DNA of 64,000 nt from the human T2T-CHM13v2.0 reference genome, Homo sapiens. Positions 1-16,603 of this stretch are shown one piece after another. Under the pieces are notes generated by a model. That model was not told the origin of the DNA and did not search any database. It saw only the letters and a program-made list of their open reading frames with translations. Location of the stretch: assembly GCF_009914755.1 (NCBI RefSeq), contig NC_060930.1, one strand, 5' to 3'. Position 1 is the first letter of the stretch; every line of letters begins with the position of its first letter. The translations under genes were made by a program, and so were the position numbers.

Positions 1-486
1 GGCAGAATATTAGAAAAGAACACGCATTATTTTATGGCTTCCTTAATTACTCTATTTCCTGATTCAGAGGTTGCATCTCGTGGGTGAACAAGAGGAAATT
101 CTGATACCACATATTGGTCTCTTGCAGTGTACAGCTGATTCTATCAGACGACCTTGCTCTCTACAACATAATGATGTGTCAAATCCACCTCAACCATTAA
201 AAAAAAAGTTTCCCTTAGCTCTTACATACTTTGATTTGAAACATGATGTTGAAAATCATCTTTCCTGGTATGCATGAAGACTTAATGAAACCACTTGAAG
301 CATAAACAATCATTGATATGTTGGTCAACTACAAGTTAGATCTTGCTCATCTATCTGCATATTTGGCAGACAGTGCAAATGTAAATTTTGGCAAATTCCA
401 TTCAGACTATAAACTTTCTACCAAAGAAAATGAAAAGATCTTACATGTGACGTGTTCTGCACATGTTGTTCACAACACTGCTAAGA

Positions 487-800
<314 letters not shown>

Positions 801-1136
801 CTAAGAAGGATTGTGATTTGTTTACTGGTGATATTGAGGCTTTCATGGCTTAATGAGATTTATGGTCACTTTTTAGTTTCCTCAAAATGTGCAGAAACAA
901 TAAGAATTTTCACTTTATAGAAACGAAAGGAGGTAGCCTCCTTAGAAATGTCTAAAGTTGACTATAATTATTGCTGGCCATAGGATAGATGTTAAAATGT
1001 TTACTTGGTGTAAAATCATATTTTCAAAATGTGGGACAAGAGGAATGCTATTCTCTAATTTGACAATATTTTAAGAGTGAGAATGGAGAAAAGAACTACC
1101 GTAAAACAGAAATTTATACTTTCATTTGTTTGACGT

Positions 1137-1560
1137 TGTCGAAGAACAAAATTTCAACACACTTAGGTTAAAGATCAGATCAACTTTTATTGGCAATTCA
1201 TGAATCAGGCAGCATCTCATCTACAAAATAGGAAGGTGCTCTGACGAGGAGATGAGGTTATAGGTAGAAAAGGCTGAAGAAACTACAAACAAGGAACAAT
1301 AGGTGGATTGGTAATTACAAAGTGACTGTCCTTGTAAGGTTAAAGCAGAGGATACTTCCTTAACATGCTGGCTGAGGTAGTCTGGACCCTTTTCTACTGG
1401 TTATTGTGAATCTCCTGTTTTTTGGAAAACTGGCCTGTTTTAAATTTCAGTTTGATTACTTGGCACCCTGCACAAAGGGCTCCCTTCTGGTTTGGTCTGG
1501 TCTGTTGGAGCCTAATGCAGGAGCTCATTCCAAAACAATAGCCTCCCATTAATTTTAACA
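1137..1560 (-). mobile_element. ERV1-type solo LTR (MER67/MER31-like)
   Basis: TG...CA termini, 4-bp TSD ACGT/ATGT (CpG decay), interrupts the hAT reading frame; subfamily uncertain. Confidence 0.55.
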
Positions 1561-1721
1561 ATGTTATGTTATGTAGATTGTGACATAAAGATTCATACAC
1601 TAAGAAAAGATTCTTTTTTTAAAAAAAAAAGACTGCTTCAGAATGCAAGTTAAATAGGACTTTATCAATCTCTTGCTAAAAATACAATTTATTTGGAATC
1701 CAAGCTTTGTTTCCCAAATTT

Positions 1722-1820
1722 ATCATTTATTTATTTCATTTTATTTATTAATTTTTTTGAGATGGAGTCTCCCTCTGTTGCCCAGGCTGGAGTGCTGTGG
1801 TGCGATCTCAGCTCGCTGCA
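1722..1820 (-). mobile_element. 5'-truncated Alu fragment
   Basis: T-rich tail followed by GAGATGGAGTCT..CCCAGGCTGGAGTGC, ending abruptly. Confidence 0.85.
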
Positions 1821-2433
1821 ACAGTCTGCTATTGCTAGTAAGTAAAATACCGAGTATTCAATGCTCAAATGCTTTTGTTGAGAGGATATTTAGTGTGATT
1901 TTATCACACTAGAATGATACCAGGAATCTAAGTAATATGGGCTTGATAAGAGCAGAGCTGCAATTCAAAGTGAATTTTACCTTTGACTGTATTCAGTATT
2001 ACCACTATATAAAAGAAAATAAAGATGTCTTAAATGTTGCAGACAGGTCACAGAAAGAATATTGGAAAAAGAAACAGAAAGGGTAAAGATACTCGATTGT
2101 TTCATGCGACAGAAAGAAATGTCATTATTTTTTATTAAATATAGGTAATATCTGCTTAAGTAGTTTTATTGTAGTTATGTTCTTCTTTTACATTCTTGTT
2201 GTATTTTACGTTTTTGTATTTATGTTTTTCATTTATTAATGCGCCTTAAAGTTGAAATAATATAGCCTATGAGACTTAAATATCCAATAGTTTTAAAAAG
2301 TTAAAATAAATCACTACATAAGAGAACAGATAGAAATACTAAAAACATATTGTTATATTTTTCCCAAACATATTATTTATGTAATTAGTCCTATTATAAA
2401 TTACTTCTAATTGCCATTATTAACTACTCCTAT

Positions 2434-4135
2434 TGAGAGGTGACAGCATGCTGGCAGTCCTCAGAGCCCTCGCTTGCTCTCGGCACCTCCCCTGCCTGGG
2501 CTCCCACTTTGGTGGCATTTGAGGAGCCCTTCAGCCCCCCCACTGCACTGTGGGAGCCCCTTTCTGGGCTGGCCAAGGCTGGGGTCCACTTCCTCAGCTT
2601 GCAGGGAGGTGTGGACGGAGAGGCACGAGCGGGAACCGGGGCTGTGTGCGGCGCTTGCCGGCCAGCTGGAGTTCCGGGTGGGCGTGGGCTTGGTGGGCCC
2701 CGCACTCGGAGCAGCCAGCCAGCCCTGCTGGCCCCGGGCAATAGGGAACTTAGCACCTGGGCCAGTGGCTGCGGAGGGTGTACTGGGTCCCCAGCAGTGC
2801 CAGCCCACCAGTGCTGTGCTCGATTTCTCGCTGGGCCTTAGCTGCCTTCCCGCGGGGCAGGGCTCGGGACCTGCAGCCCACCATGCCTGAGCCTCCCATC
2901 CACTCCATGGGCTCCTGTGCGGCCCGAGCCTCCCGGACGAGCACCACCCCCTACTCCATGGTGCCCAGTCCCATGGACCACCCAAGGGCTGAGAAATGCG
3001 AGCACAGGGCGCAGGACTGTTAGCCAGCTCCACCTACAGCCCCGGTGCAGGATCCTCTAAGTGAACCCAGCTGGGCTCCTGAGTCTGGTGGGGATGTGGA
3101 GAGTCTTTATATGTAGCTCAGGATTGTAAATACACCAATCAGCACCCTGTGTTTAGCTCAAGGTTTGTGAGTGCACCAATCGACACTCTGTATCTAGCTG
3201 CTCTGGTGAGGACCTGGAGAACCTTTATGTCTAGCTCAGGGATTGTAAATACACCAATCGGCACTCTGTATCCAGCTCAAGGTTTGTAAACACACCAATC
3301 AGCACCCTGTGTTTAGCTCAAGGTTTATGAGTGCACCAATCGACACTCTGTATCTAGCTGCTCTGGTGAGGATGTGGAGAACCTTTATGTCTAGCTCAGA
3401 GATTGTAAATACACCAATCGGCACTCTGTATCTAGCTCAAGATTTATAAACACACCAATCAGCACCCTGTGTTTAGCTCAAGGTTTGTGAGTGCACCAAT
3501 CGACACTTTGGCTGCTCTGGTGGGGCCTTGGAGAACCTGTGTGTCAAAACTCTGTATCTAACTAATCTGTTGGCGACGTGGAGAACCTTTGTATCTAGCT
3601 CAGGGATTGTAAACGCACCAATCAGCGCCCTGACAAAACAGGCCACTGGGCTCTACCAATCAGCAGGATGTGGATGGGGCCAGATAGGAGAATAAAAGCA
3701 GGCTGCCCGAGCCAGCATTGGCAATCCTCTCGGGTTCCCTTCCACATTGTGGAAGCTTTGTTCTTTCGCTTTTTGCAATAAATCTTGCAACTGGTCACTC
3801 TTTGGGTCCATGCTGCTTTTGTGAGCTGTAAGACTCACCGTGAAGATCTGCAGTTTCATTCCTGAGCCCAGCAAAACCACGAGCTTACTGGGAGAAACAA
3901 ACAACTCCAGACGCGCTACCTTAAGAGATGTAACACTCACTATGAAAGTCTGCAGCTTCACTCCTGAGCCAGTGAGACCACGAACCCACCAGAAGAAAGA
4001 AACTCCGAACACATCTGAACATCAGAAGGGGCAGACTCCAGACCCACCACCTTAAGAGCTGTAATGCTCACCGTGAGGGTCCGTGGCTTCATTCTTGAAG
4101 TCAGTGAGACCAAGAACCTACCAATTCCGGACACA
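2434..4135 (+). mobile_element. LTR12C-like (HERV9) solo LTR
   Basis: Starts TGAGAGGTGACAGC, ends CCAATTCCGGACACA; tandem CCAAT repeats at about 3130-3660; poly(A) signal AATAAA at 3777-3782; near-TSD CTAT/CCAT. Confidence 0.93.
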
Positions 4136-4709
4136 CCATTATTGTTTTGTTTAAGTAATAACAGTTTTGCAATGGAGAAACAAATATTGCAGAATAATAT
4201 ATAATTTCAAACATCTATTTTTAAAATTTGATGTCAAAGTAATACATGCATATATTATATAATTGTTGGATTTTTTTTTTGTGGGGGTGGAAAGGTTTGG
4301 TATGGCTATGTCTCAGTTGGCTCCCTAAAAAGTTGAACAGCAACAGCAACTGGTTCACCAGTTTGGGGAAACACTATTTATGAAAAGAATAAAGAATTAA
4401 GAGGTCTCAGTGAGCTTCAAGGACAACGTCTGGCTTAACAGATAAAAATGGATGGTTTGATAGATAATAATGGTTTATAGGTGATTGGAGGTAACAGGAT
4501 GATTGCCAATGGCTTTTCCTTCTTTTCAGATACTTATTCTTTGGGTCATGAAACTGCTTCTGCCTGAATAATAAAACAATTTTAGCAACACTGAAGGAAG
4601 TTATTATTTCCTTTCTGCTGTGAAAAAAGATTAAAAGAGGTCATCTCATAAACTTGAGGCTGGTATACTTGAGGTCTTTCATTAACATTCAAGGATTTAA
4701 TATTTGTGA

Positions 4710-5078
<369 letters not shown>

Positions 5079-6818
5079 GGAATGTGTTTTCATGAAGGGG
5101 GAATATCAACTGGGCCAAATGACATTGAGAGGCTGAGCAAATTGAAGCCTGAAAATTGAACACTGGGAGAGCATTGGGAACATTATGGCAGACGGGAGAC
5201 AGGACTAGATTGCACCTCTTACTTCAATGGACGGAGCAGCGTGTGGAGGCCCTCATCATGAATTTTAACTCCAGAACGACTTCAGGAATAAATCCGGAAA
5301 CCCGAGAGGACCCACGGACCCTCTGAAGGAAGCAGATTGCTCCTGTAGGACCTGGGAGACACCTCAAATACTGTGAGTGCCCAAACTGTGGAAGTGAGAA
5401 AGGGAGATCCTCCGCCCCCGAGCACACACCCCCACTGGGGAAACTGAAGGTCTACTTTACGGGAGAAGATTCTGAATTTATCTGGAGCTGAGTCAATTTA
5501 GAGAGCCAAGGGAAATACAGGGGTAGAGGAATCAATTGGACAGGCCCTGTGAGCTTGCTGGGTCCCCAAGTAGGCCACTCCTGCTGGCATCACAGGGATC
5601 CTTTGGGAGGGCAGCCAGAGGCACAGGGAAAATGGCACAGGAAGAAGGAAACCTCCAGCTGAGCTTTGTAACAATTTGAACTAGTCAAGAAACCTCATGG
5701 CCAGAACTTGGGGGAGGGCATGAATCCAGCATGCAGACTCCACAGGTAGGGGAAGAACTAAAACCCTACTTTCTTTCACAGCTGGGAGGCGGGTAGCCTG
5801 GGGCAAATTCTCAACTCTTCTTGCCCACTGCCTGGAAACAGATTTGGTGCTGTTAGGGGAGGCACAGTGGGAGTGAGACTGGCCCTTCAGATTGCATGGG
5901 AGCTGGGTGAAGCCTGTGACTGCTGGCTCTCCCCCACTTCCCTGACAACCTACATGACTCAGCAGAGGCAGCCAAAATCCTTCTAGGTACATAACTCCAT
6001 TGACCTGGGAACCTCCCCTCCTCCACAGCAACCGCAGCAAGACCCACCCAAGGAGAGTCTGAACTCAGACACGCCTAGCCCTGCCCTCACCTGATGGTCC
6101 TTCTTTACCCACCCTGATAACTGAACACAAAGGGCATATACCCTTGGGAGTTCTAGGGCCCTGCCTACCGCTGGTTCATCTCCATACTACCACAGTTGAT
6201 GTTCTCTGGAAAGTGCCACCTACCAACAGGAGGCCAACCAGCACAAAAATAGAGCATTAAACCACCAAAGCTAAGAACCGTCACGGAGTCCATTTCACAC
6301 CCTGCCACCTCCACTGGAACAGATGCTGGTATCCAAGGCTGAGAGACCCATAGATGGTTCACATCACAGGACTCCGTGAAGACAACCCCCAGTACCAGCT
6401 CACAGCCTGGTAGACTTGCTGGGTGGCTAGATCCAGAAGAGAGATAACAATCATTACAGCTTGACTCTCAGGAAGCCACATCCATAGGAAAATGGGGAGA
6501 GTACTACATCAAGGCAACACCCTGTGGGACAAAAGAATCTGAACAACAGTTTTAGCCTTAGACCCTCCCTCTGACAGAGCCTACCCAAATGAGAAGGAAC
6601 CAGAAAACCAACTCTGGTAATATGACAAAACAAGGCTCTTTAACAACCCCCAAAAATCACACTAGCTCACTAGTAATGGATCCAAACCAAGAAGAAATCC
6701 CTGATTTACCTGAAAAAGGATTCAGGAGGTTAGTTACTAAGCTAATCAGAGAGGCACCAGAGAAAGGTGAAGCCCAACACAAAGAAATCCAAAAAATGAT
6801 ACAAGAAGTGAAGGGAGA

Positions 6819-7122
<304 letters not shown>

Positions 7123-7855
7123 TCAATGAAGCAGATAGCGTAAATAAAAAACAATCAAAACTTCAGGAAACATTGGACACATATATAGAAATGCAAAATG
7201 CTCTGGAAAGTCTCACCAATAGAATTGAACAAGTAGAATAAGGAAATTCAGAGCTTGAAGGCAAGGTCTTTGAATTAAACCAATCCAACAAACACAAAGA
7301 AAAAAGAAAAAGAAAATATGAACAAAGCCTCCAAGAAGTCTGGGATTATGTAATGACCAAACCTAAGAATAATTGGCGTTCCGGAGTAAAAAGAGAAATC
7401 TAAAAGTTTTGAAAACGTATTTGGGGGAATAATCGAGGAAAACTTCCCTGGTCTTGCTAGAGGCCTAGACATCCAAACACAAGAAGCACAAAAAACACCT
7501 GGAAAATTCATCACAAAAAAGATCATTGCCTAGGCACATTGTCATCAAGTTATCTAAAGTTAAGGCAAAGGAAAGAATCTTCAGAGTTGTGAGACAAAAC
7601 CACCAGGTAACCTATAAAGGAAAACCTTCAGATTAACAACAGATTTCTCAGCAGAAACCTTACAAGCTAGAAGGGATTGGGGCCCAACATTCAGCCTCCT
7701 CAAACAAAACAATTATCAGCCAAGAATTTTGTATCCTGCAAAACTAAGCATCTTATATGAAAGAAAGATAGTCTTTTTCAGACAAACCAATGCTGAGAGA
7801 ATTTGCCACTACCAAGCCACCACTACAAGAACTGATAAAAGGTTCTCTAAATCTT

Positions 7856-8209
<354 letters not shown>

Positions 8210-9372
8210 CTATTCTTATATCAGACAAAACAAACTTTAAAGCAACAGCAGTTAAAAAAGACAAAGAGAGACATTATATAATGGTAAAAGGCCTTGTCTA
8301 ACAAGAAAATATCACAATCCTAAACATGTGTGCACCTATGATTGAAGCTCCCAAATTTATAAAACAATTACTTAATAGCCCTAACAAATGAGATAGATGG
8401 CAACACAATAATAGCGAGGGACTTCAATACTCCACTGACAGTACTAGACAGGTCATCAAGACAGAAAGTCAGCAAAGAAACAATGGATTTAAACTATACC
8501 TTGGAACAAATGGACTTAACAGATATATACAAAACATTCCATTCAACAACTGCAGAATACACATTCTATTCAACAGCACATGAAACTTTCTCCAAGATAG
8601 ACCATATGATAGACCACAAAATGAGGCTCAATAAATTTAAGAAAATTCAAATTATATGAAGCACTCTCTCAGAGTACAGTGGAATAAAACTGGAAATCAA
8701 CTCCAAAAGGAACCTTCAAAACCATGCAAATACATAGAAATTAAATAAGCTGCTCCTGAATGAACATTAGGTCAAAAATGAAATCAAGATGGAAATTAAA
8801 AAATTCCTTGAACTGAACGACAATAGTGACAACCTATTAAAACCTCTGGGAAACAGCAAAGGCAGTGCTAAGAGGAAAGTTCATAGCCCTAAACACCTAC
8901 ATCAAGAAGACTGAAAGAACACAAACTGACAACCTAAGGTCACATCTCAAGGAACTGGAGAAACAAGAACAAACCAAACCCAAACACAGCAGAAGAAAGG
9001 AAATGACCAAGATCACAGCAGAACTAAATGAAATTGAAACAAACAAACAAAAAAATACAAAAGATAAATAAAACAAAAATCTGGTTCTTTGAAAAGATAA
9101 AATTGATAGACCTTTAGCAAGATTAACCAAGAAAAGAAGAGAGAAAATCCAAATAACTTCAATAAAAAATGAAATGGGAGATATTACAGCTGACACCACA
9201 GAAATACAAAAGATCATTCAAGGCTGCTATGAATACCTCTATACACATAAACTAGAAAACCTGGAAGAGATGGATAAATTCTTAGAAAGATGCAACCCTC
9301 CTAGCTTAAATCAGGAAGAATCAGATACACTGAACAGACAAATAACAAGCAGCGAGATTAAAATGATAACTA

Positions 9373-9999
<627 letters not shown>

Positions 10000-12318
10000 C
10001 ATTATCAACAAAAGAAGTTCAGTACCAGATGGATTCACAGCAGAATTCTACCAGACATTCAAAGAAGAATTGGTACCAATCCTATTGACGCTATTCCACA
10101 AGATAGAGGATGAGGGAACCCTCCCTAATTCATTCTATGAAGCCGGTATCACCCTAATACCAAAACCAGGAAAGGACATAACCAAAAAAGAAAACTACAG
10201 ACCAATATCCCTGATGAACATAGATGCTCAAATCCTTAACAAAATACTAGCTAACCGAATCCAACAACATATCAAAAAGATAATCCACATTGATCAAGTG
10301 GGTTTCATACCAGGATGCAGGGATGGTTTAACATACACAAGTATGTGTGCAATAAATGTGATACACCACATAAACAGGGTTAAAAACAAAAATTACACAA
10401 TCATCTCAATAGATGCAGAAAAAGCATTCAACAATATCAAGCATCCTTTTATGATTAAAATTCTTAGCAAAATCGGGATACAAGGGACATACCTCAACGT
10501 AATAAAAGCCATCTATGACAAACCTACATGCAACATAATCTGAATGGGGAAAAGTTGAAAGCATTCCCTCTGAGAACTGAAACAAAACAAGGATACCCAC
10601 TGTCACCACTCCTCTTCAACATAGTACTGAAAGTCCTAGCCAGAGCAATCAGATAAGAGAAAGGAAGGACATCCAAATCAGTAAAGAGGAACTCAAACTG
10701 TCACTATTTGTTGATGATATGATTGTTTACCTTGAACACCCTAAAGACTCCTCCAGAAAGCTCCTAGAATGGATAAAAGAATTCAGTAGTTTCTGGATAT
10801 AAAATTAATGTACGCAAATCAGTAGCTCTTCTATACAGCAACAGCAACCAAGTGGAGAATCAAATCAAGAACTCAACCCCGTTTACAATAGCTGCAAAAA
10901 CAATTAAAATACTTAGAAATATACCTAACCAAGGAGGAGAAAGACCTCTACAAGTAAAACTACAAAACACTGCTGAAAGAAATCATAGACAACACAAACA
11001 AATGGAAACACAACCCTTGCTCATGGGTAGAATCAATATTGTGAAAATGATCAAACTGCCAAAAGCAATCTATAAATTCAATACAATTCCCATCAAAATA
11101 TCACCATCATTCTTCACAGAATTAGAAAAAAAAATCCTAAAATTCATATGGAATGGAAAAAGAGCCCACATAGCCAAAGCAAGACTAAGCAAAAAGAACA
11201 AATCTGGAGGCATCACATTATCTGATTTCAAACTATACTATAAGGCCATAGTCACCAAAACAGCATGGTACAGGTATAAAAATAGGCACATAGACCAATG
11301 GAACAGTAGAGATCCCAGAAATAAACCCAAATACTTACAGCCAACTGATCTTCCACAAAGCAAACAAAAACATAATATGGGGAAAGGACACTCTTTTCAA
11401 CAAATGTGCTGGGATAATTGGCTAGTCACATGTAGGAGAATGAAACTGGATCCTCATCTCTCACCTTATACAAAAATCAACTCAAGATGGATTAAGGACT
11501 TAAATCTAAGACCTGAAACTATAAAAATTCTGGAAGATAACATTGGAAAAACCCTTCTAGACATTGGCTTAGGCAAGGATTTCATGCCTAAGAACCCAAA
11601 AACAAATGCAATAAAAACAAAGATAAATAGTTGGGACTTAATTAAACTAAAGAGCTTTTTCACAGCCAAAGGACAGTCAGCAGAGTAAACAGACAACTCA
11701 CAGAGTGGGAGAAAATCTTCACAATCTATACATCTGACAAAAGACTAATATCCATAATCTACAATGAACTCAAACAAATCAGTAGGGAAAAGAAACAAAC
11801 AATCCCATCAAAAAGTGGGCTAAGGACAGGAATAGACAATTCTCAAAAGAAGATATCCAAATGGCCAGCAAACATATAAAAAATGCTCAACACCACTAAT
11901 GATCAGGGAAATGCACATCAAAACTACAATGTGATACCACCTTACTCCTGCAATAATGACCATAATCAAAAAAATCAAAAAACAGTAGATGTTGGTGTGG
12001 ATGCGGTGATCAGGGAACACTTCTACACTGCTGGTGGGAATGTAAACTAGTACAACCACTGTGGAAAACAGTGGGGGAGATTTCTTAAAGAACTAAAGTA
12101 GAGCTACCCTTTGATCCAGTAATCCCACTACTGGGTATCTACCTAGAGGAAAAAAAGTCATTAAACAAAAAAGATACTTGAACATGCATGTTTATAGCAG
12201 CACAATTCACAATTGCAAAATTGTGGAGCCAACTCAAATGCCTGTCAATCAATGAGTGGATAAAGAAACTGTGGTATATATATACAATGGAATACTACTT
12301 AGCAATAAAAAGGAATGA

Positions 12319-12670
<352 letters not shown>

Positions 12671-13125
12671 TTGGAGACTATTATTTTAAGTGAAGTAATT
12701 TAGGAATGGAAAACGAAACATGATATGTTCTCACCAATAAGCTATGAGGATGCAAAGGCATAAGAATGATACAATGGACTTTGGGGGAAGGGTGGGAGGA
12801 GAGTGAGGAATAAAATACTACAAATAGGGTGCAGTGTATACTTCTCGGGTGATGGGTGCACCAAAATCTCACAAATCACCACTAAAGAACTTACTTGTGT
12901 AACCAAACGCCACCTGTTCCCCAATAACTTATGGAAAAATTCATAAATAAATAAATTAGTTAATTATGAAAAAGAAAACTAACCATTGGATCTAGCAAGA
13001 TGGAGGTTGCTGGGATTTGACAAGGAAGTTTCAGTGGAATGGAGGGGAGGAAACCTTGGTTTAGAGTGTGACAAAGAAAGGAGCGCAGTTAGGAGTATTC
13101 TCTATTCATTCACCTATTCATATTC

Positions 13126-15329
13126 AGATACGCCTTTGCAAAGATTATCACAGTGAGAGAAATCTAACATGGCTCACTCCATCTTGCTTCTTTCTACCTT
13201 CACAGGCTGATCATCCTCACTCATTCTTAGGTGTAGGCCAAGCTAACCATTGGAGGAATTTAGTTTATAGTTTAAGTTGGAAGCAAAGATGATAATATCC
13301 CTCCTTGTTTGGGGTGCTAAAACTGCCTTTGTAAGACAAATGAAAGACCATAAAATTAGGATTCTGAAAGGGGCCTGAATTCTGCTAAAATGTAGGTATA
13401 GTTTCTATAATCCCTTATGGCTCAGGAGTCATGTGGTCAGAGGTCACATGATCTGTGACTTCTCCAGTTGTTCCTATAGATAACATCACTATATAGATCC
13501 TAAGATTGGTCTTAAAGATGCTTTTCAGACTTTTGTATTCTACCAACCGGCTGACCCCACCTGGATTTGGGACTCACAACTCAACTGATCCTATACCTCC
13601 CTCCAACCCCCCACGAGAGGTGAACTCAGCACATGAGGACCGTTTTCCACACCCCTGTGATTGCATCCCCAACCAATCAGCAGCACTCATTCCTTTGTTC
13701 CCTGCCCACCAAACTATCCTTGAAAAACCCTAACTTCTAAACCTTCAGGAAGACTGATTTAAGCAATAACTCCATCTTCCACGTGGCTGGCCTTGTGTTA
13801 ATTAAACTGGTTTTTTTGTTTGTTTGTTTGTTTGTTTTTTACCTCCGAACTTCCTATTGGTCTCCTGCGCCCCAGAGGGTACCCTGCTTTTGCCAACTTG
13901 ATGTCTCAGAACTTTGGTGTCCTTGGTCTCAGACACCACTTTGCCATCCACTCACTATCGGGCGGGTGGTGGTCTTTCGGATGGTTTGCATGGAGTTGCT
14001 GCTGTCCAGGGCATCACGAAGGCTGAAGTCCTCGCCATCTTCCAGCAGGCGGCGGTAGGTGGCGATCTCAGCCTCCAGCTTTACCTTGATGTTCAGCAGG
14101 GCCTCGCACTCCTGGGCCTGGCGCTATCCGTCTGCCCCGGTCTGTGTCAGCTCTGACTCCAGGTGCAGCAGGATTCCGCTGAGCTGCTCCATCTGCAGGA
14201 CATAGCGGGCCTCCACCTCCCTCAAGCTGTTCTCCAAGCTGGCCTTCAGATTTCTCATGGAGTCCAGGTCGATCTCCAAGGACTGGACTGTATATCTCTG
14301 CTCCGTGAGCGTCATCTCAGCAGCTCCAACACCGATGGACTGCATGGTGACCACTGTGGTGCACTCTCAATCTGCTGAGGCCAGTGCTTGTCTAGCTCCT
14401 CTCGGTTCTTCCAAGACAGCTCGTCTTATTGGGCCCAGATGTCTGCCATGATCTTGGCGAGGTCCTGAGATTTGGGGACATCTACCTCCACGGTCAACCC
14501 AGAGATGGCAATCTGGGCTTGTAGGCCTTTTACTTCCTCTTCTTGGTTCTTCTTCAGGAAGAGCAGCTCCTCCTTGAGAGCCTCGATCTCTGTCTCCAGC
14601 TGCAGCCGAGTGACATTGGTATCATCAATGACCTTGCGGAACCCATGGATGTCGCTCTCCACAGACTAGCGCATGGCCAGCTCTGTCTCACACTCGACTC
14701 TGAAGTCAACAGCAGCAAGTCGGGCATTGTCAATCTGCAGAACGATGCGGGCATTGTCCACAGTATTTGATCTGAGCCCCCAGGTCCTCCATGGTCTTGA
14801 AGTAATTTGTCCAGTCTCCGACCTGGCGTCCCTTCTTCTCCAGGTGCTCCCGGATTTTGCTCTCCAGCTTCCGGTTCTTGGTCTCCATGCTTCTCACTCT
14901 GTCCAGGTAGGAGGCCAGGCGGTCCTTCAGGCTTTGCATGGTCTCCTTCTCGTTCTGGATGCCTCCCATTCCTGCCAGAACCCCAGCCATCCCTGCCGCC
15001 AGGCCTCCAGACCCCATGCCGCCCCAGAAGCTGGTGGAGGGGGACGCGGAGATCCGGGAACCAGAGCCCCCGGCGCCTGCATAGACGCTGGCCGCGCTGC
15101 AGACTGGCTGGGAACCGTAGCTGGGCGCCTGGACAGAGCCCAGGGACCGGTAGTTGGTGGAGAAGGTGGAGCGAGTGGTGAAGCTCTTGCTGTCCGGGGA
15201 GGAGAGCGAGAGGACAGGACTCAGGCTTTGCTGACGACCAATTAAACTCTTAAACGCAATACCACAGTCTCAGTGAAATGATTTTGTCTGTGCAGGGTGG
15301 GGGCAGGAAGAACCTGTCTGGTGATTACA
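13126..15329 (+). mobile_element. LTR8-family solo LTR split by the KRT18 retrocopy
   Basis: CGCCTTTGCAAAGATTAT..CTCCATCTTGCTTC start; the LTR resumes at 15240 and ends GGTGATTACA. Confidence 0.8.
13810..15239 (-). pseudogene. KRT18P1: Keratin 18 processed pseudogene
   Basis: Intronless KRT18 5'UTR, CDS and 3'UTR ([38 protein letters not shown]-like end). ATG->AAG at 15186-15188, TAA->CAA at 13898-13900, frameshifts, decayed A-tail, TSD AATTAAACT. Symbol assigned from recalled position next to ZNF311. Confidence 0.93.
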
Positions 15330-15573
15330 TGACCAATGATTGTGAGTGAGACAAAGGTTTTGTAAGCTACTAATGCTGATAATTAATCATGAAATTTAAG
15401 TTGTGTAAAGAGGGAAGTAAAGATGTAAGGAGAAAGGAGATGCATTAAATAATTTTCCACTGGGCAAAAGAAAATAAGCTGAAAAAACAGAAGGTGATAA
15501 TCAGTATAAGAGATGATTGAAATTTACATCTTGGGCTTGGTGCCTGCAGTTTAGGTTAATGTCAAGGTCAAGG

Positions 15574-15775
15574 GTAGTGTGTTTTTCAAAATGTATATTG
15601 TGACACCCTTGTGGCACATGAAGTTAATTGAGTGGATCATGAGTAGAATTTTGATTTTAGTGAAAGAGAATGGAATGCAAAATGTCCCAGTGCATTGCAA
15701 ATAAATAAGAGTTGTGTTGTAACCTATACTTATATTTTTTATTATGGGTTCCACTAAAAAAGTTTGAAAAACAGA
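15574..15775. mobile_element. Charlie4-like hAT non-autonomous element
   Basis: Terminal ..GTGTTTTTCAAA / AAAAAAGTTTGAAAAAC.. and internal similarity to the recalled consensus. Confidence 0.45.
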
Positions 15776-16136
15776 ATGGGATATTTAGAAATGAAAAAGT
15801 CAAGGACCTGGGGGAGACTAATGGCTGAGGGAATGCATGTCCCCCTGCACACCTGAAACCCATTTACTAGACAAGGTTTGGGAAGCTCTTTGGTGTATCC
15901 ACTATACAGAAAGGGAAGGAAGACACCATGAGTAAGATTTGTTTCTCACGAGTTTCATATATACCTGGAAAAGGTGAGAAGTCATAGAAGCTGGCTTTTG
16001 ACAGAATAATGCAGGCACATTTACTGAAACCATGATTTTTAAAGCAGGAAGAAATCATAGTTCTCAAATTAAGGAAAGTGAGCATATTTCTTTCTACAAA
16101 AAGACTATCTTAGATTTTATGTCGAAATATACTCGT

Positions 16137-16500
16137 GGTTGGGCATGACGGCTCATGCCTGTAATCCCAGCACTTTGGGAGGCTGAGATGGGTGGATCAC
16201 TCGGCGTCAGGAGTTCCAGACCAGAGTGGCCAAAGCGGTGAAAATCCATCTCTACTAAAAACACAAAAAATTAGGCTGGGCACAGTGGCTGACACCTGTA
16301 ATCCCAGCGCTTTGGGAGGCTGAGGCAGGCAGATCACTTGAGATCAGGCGTTCAAGACCAGCCTGGCCAAAATGGTGAGACCCTCCCCCCACCCCCGACT
16401 CCGTCTCTACTGAAAATACAAAAATTAGGTGGTGGAAGTTGAAGTGAGCCAAGATCGCCCCACTGCACTCCAGCCTGGGCAACAGAGCAAGACTCTGTCT

Positions 16501-16515
<15 letters not shown>
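16137..16515 (+). mobile_element. Alu left monomer followed by an internally deleted Alu
   Basis: Two consecutive Alu 5' ends; right arm partly deleted; poly(A) tail. Confidence 0.85.
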
Positions 16516-16555
<40 letters not shown>

Positions 16556-16603
16556 ACATATACACACACACACACACACACATATGTGTACATATATATA
16601 TAT
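16516..16603. repeat. (TA)n(CA)n microsatellite grown from an Alu tail
   Basis: Directly visible dinucleotide runs. Confidence 0.95.

Noticed and set aside
2430-3033. Several overlapping 100-190 aa ORFs on both strands
   Set aside because: They lie in the GC-rich U3 of LTR12, where stop codons are rare; no domain is recognisable.
3100-3660. Regularly spaced repeats resembling a CRISPR array
   Set aside because: These are the standard LTR12 CCAAT tandem units: the intervening sequence repeats, there are no cas genes, and the context is eukaryotic.
10070-11688. 157-aa and 278-aa ORFs with reverse-transcriptase similarity
   Set aside because: They are fragments of a frameshifted, Alu-interrupted L1 ORF2 and cannot be active.
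14124-15245. Keratin-like ORFs and a 190-aa antisense ORF
   Set aside because: They are pieces of the disabled KRT18 retrocopy and its GC-rich antisense shadow.
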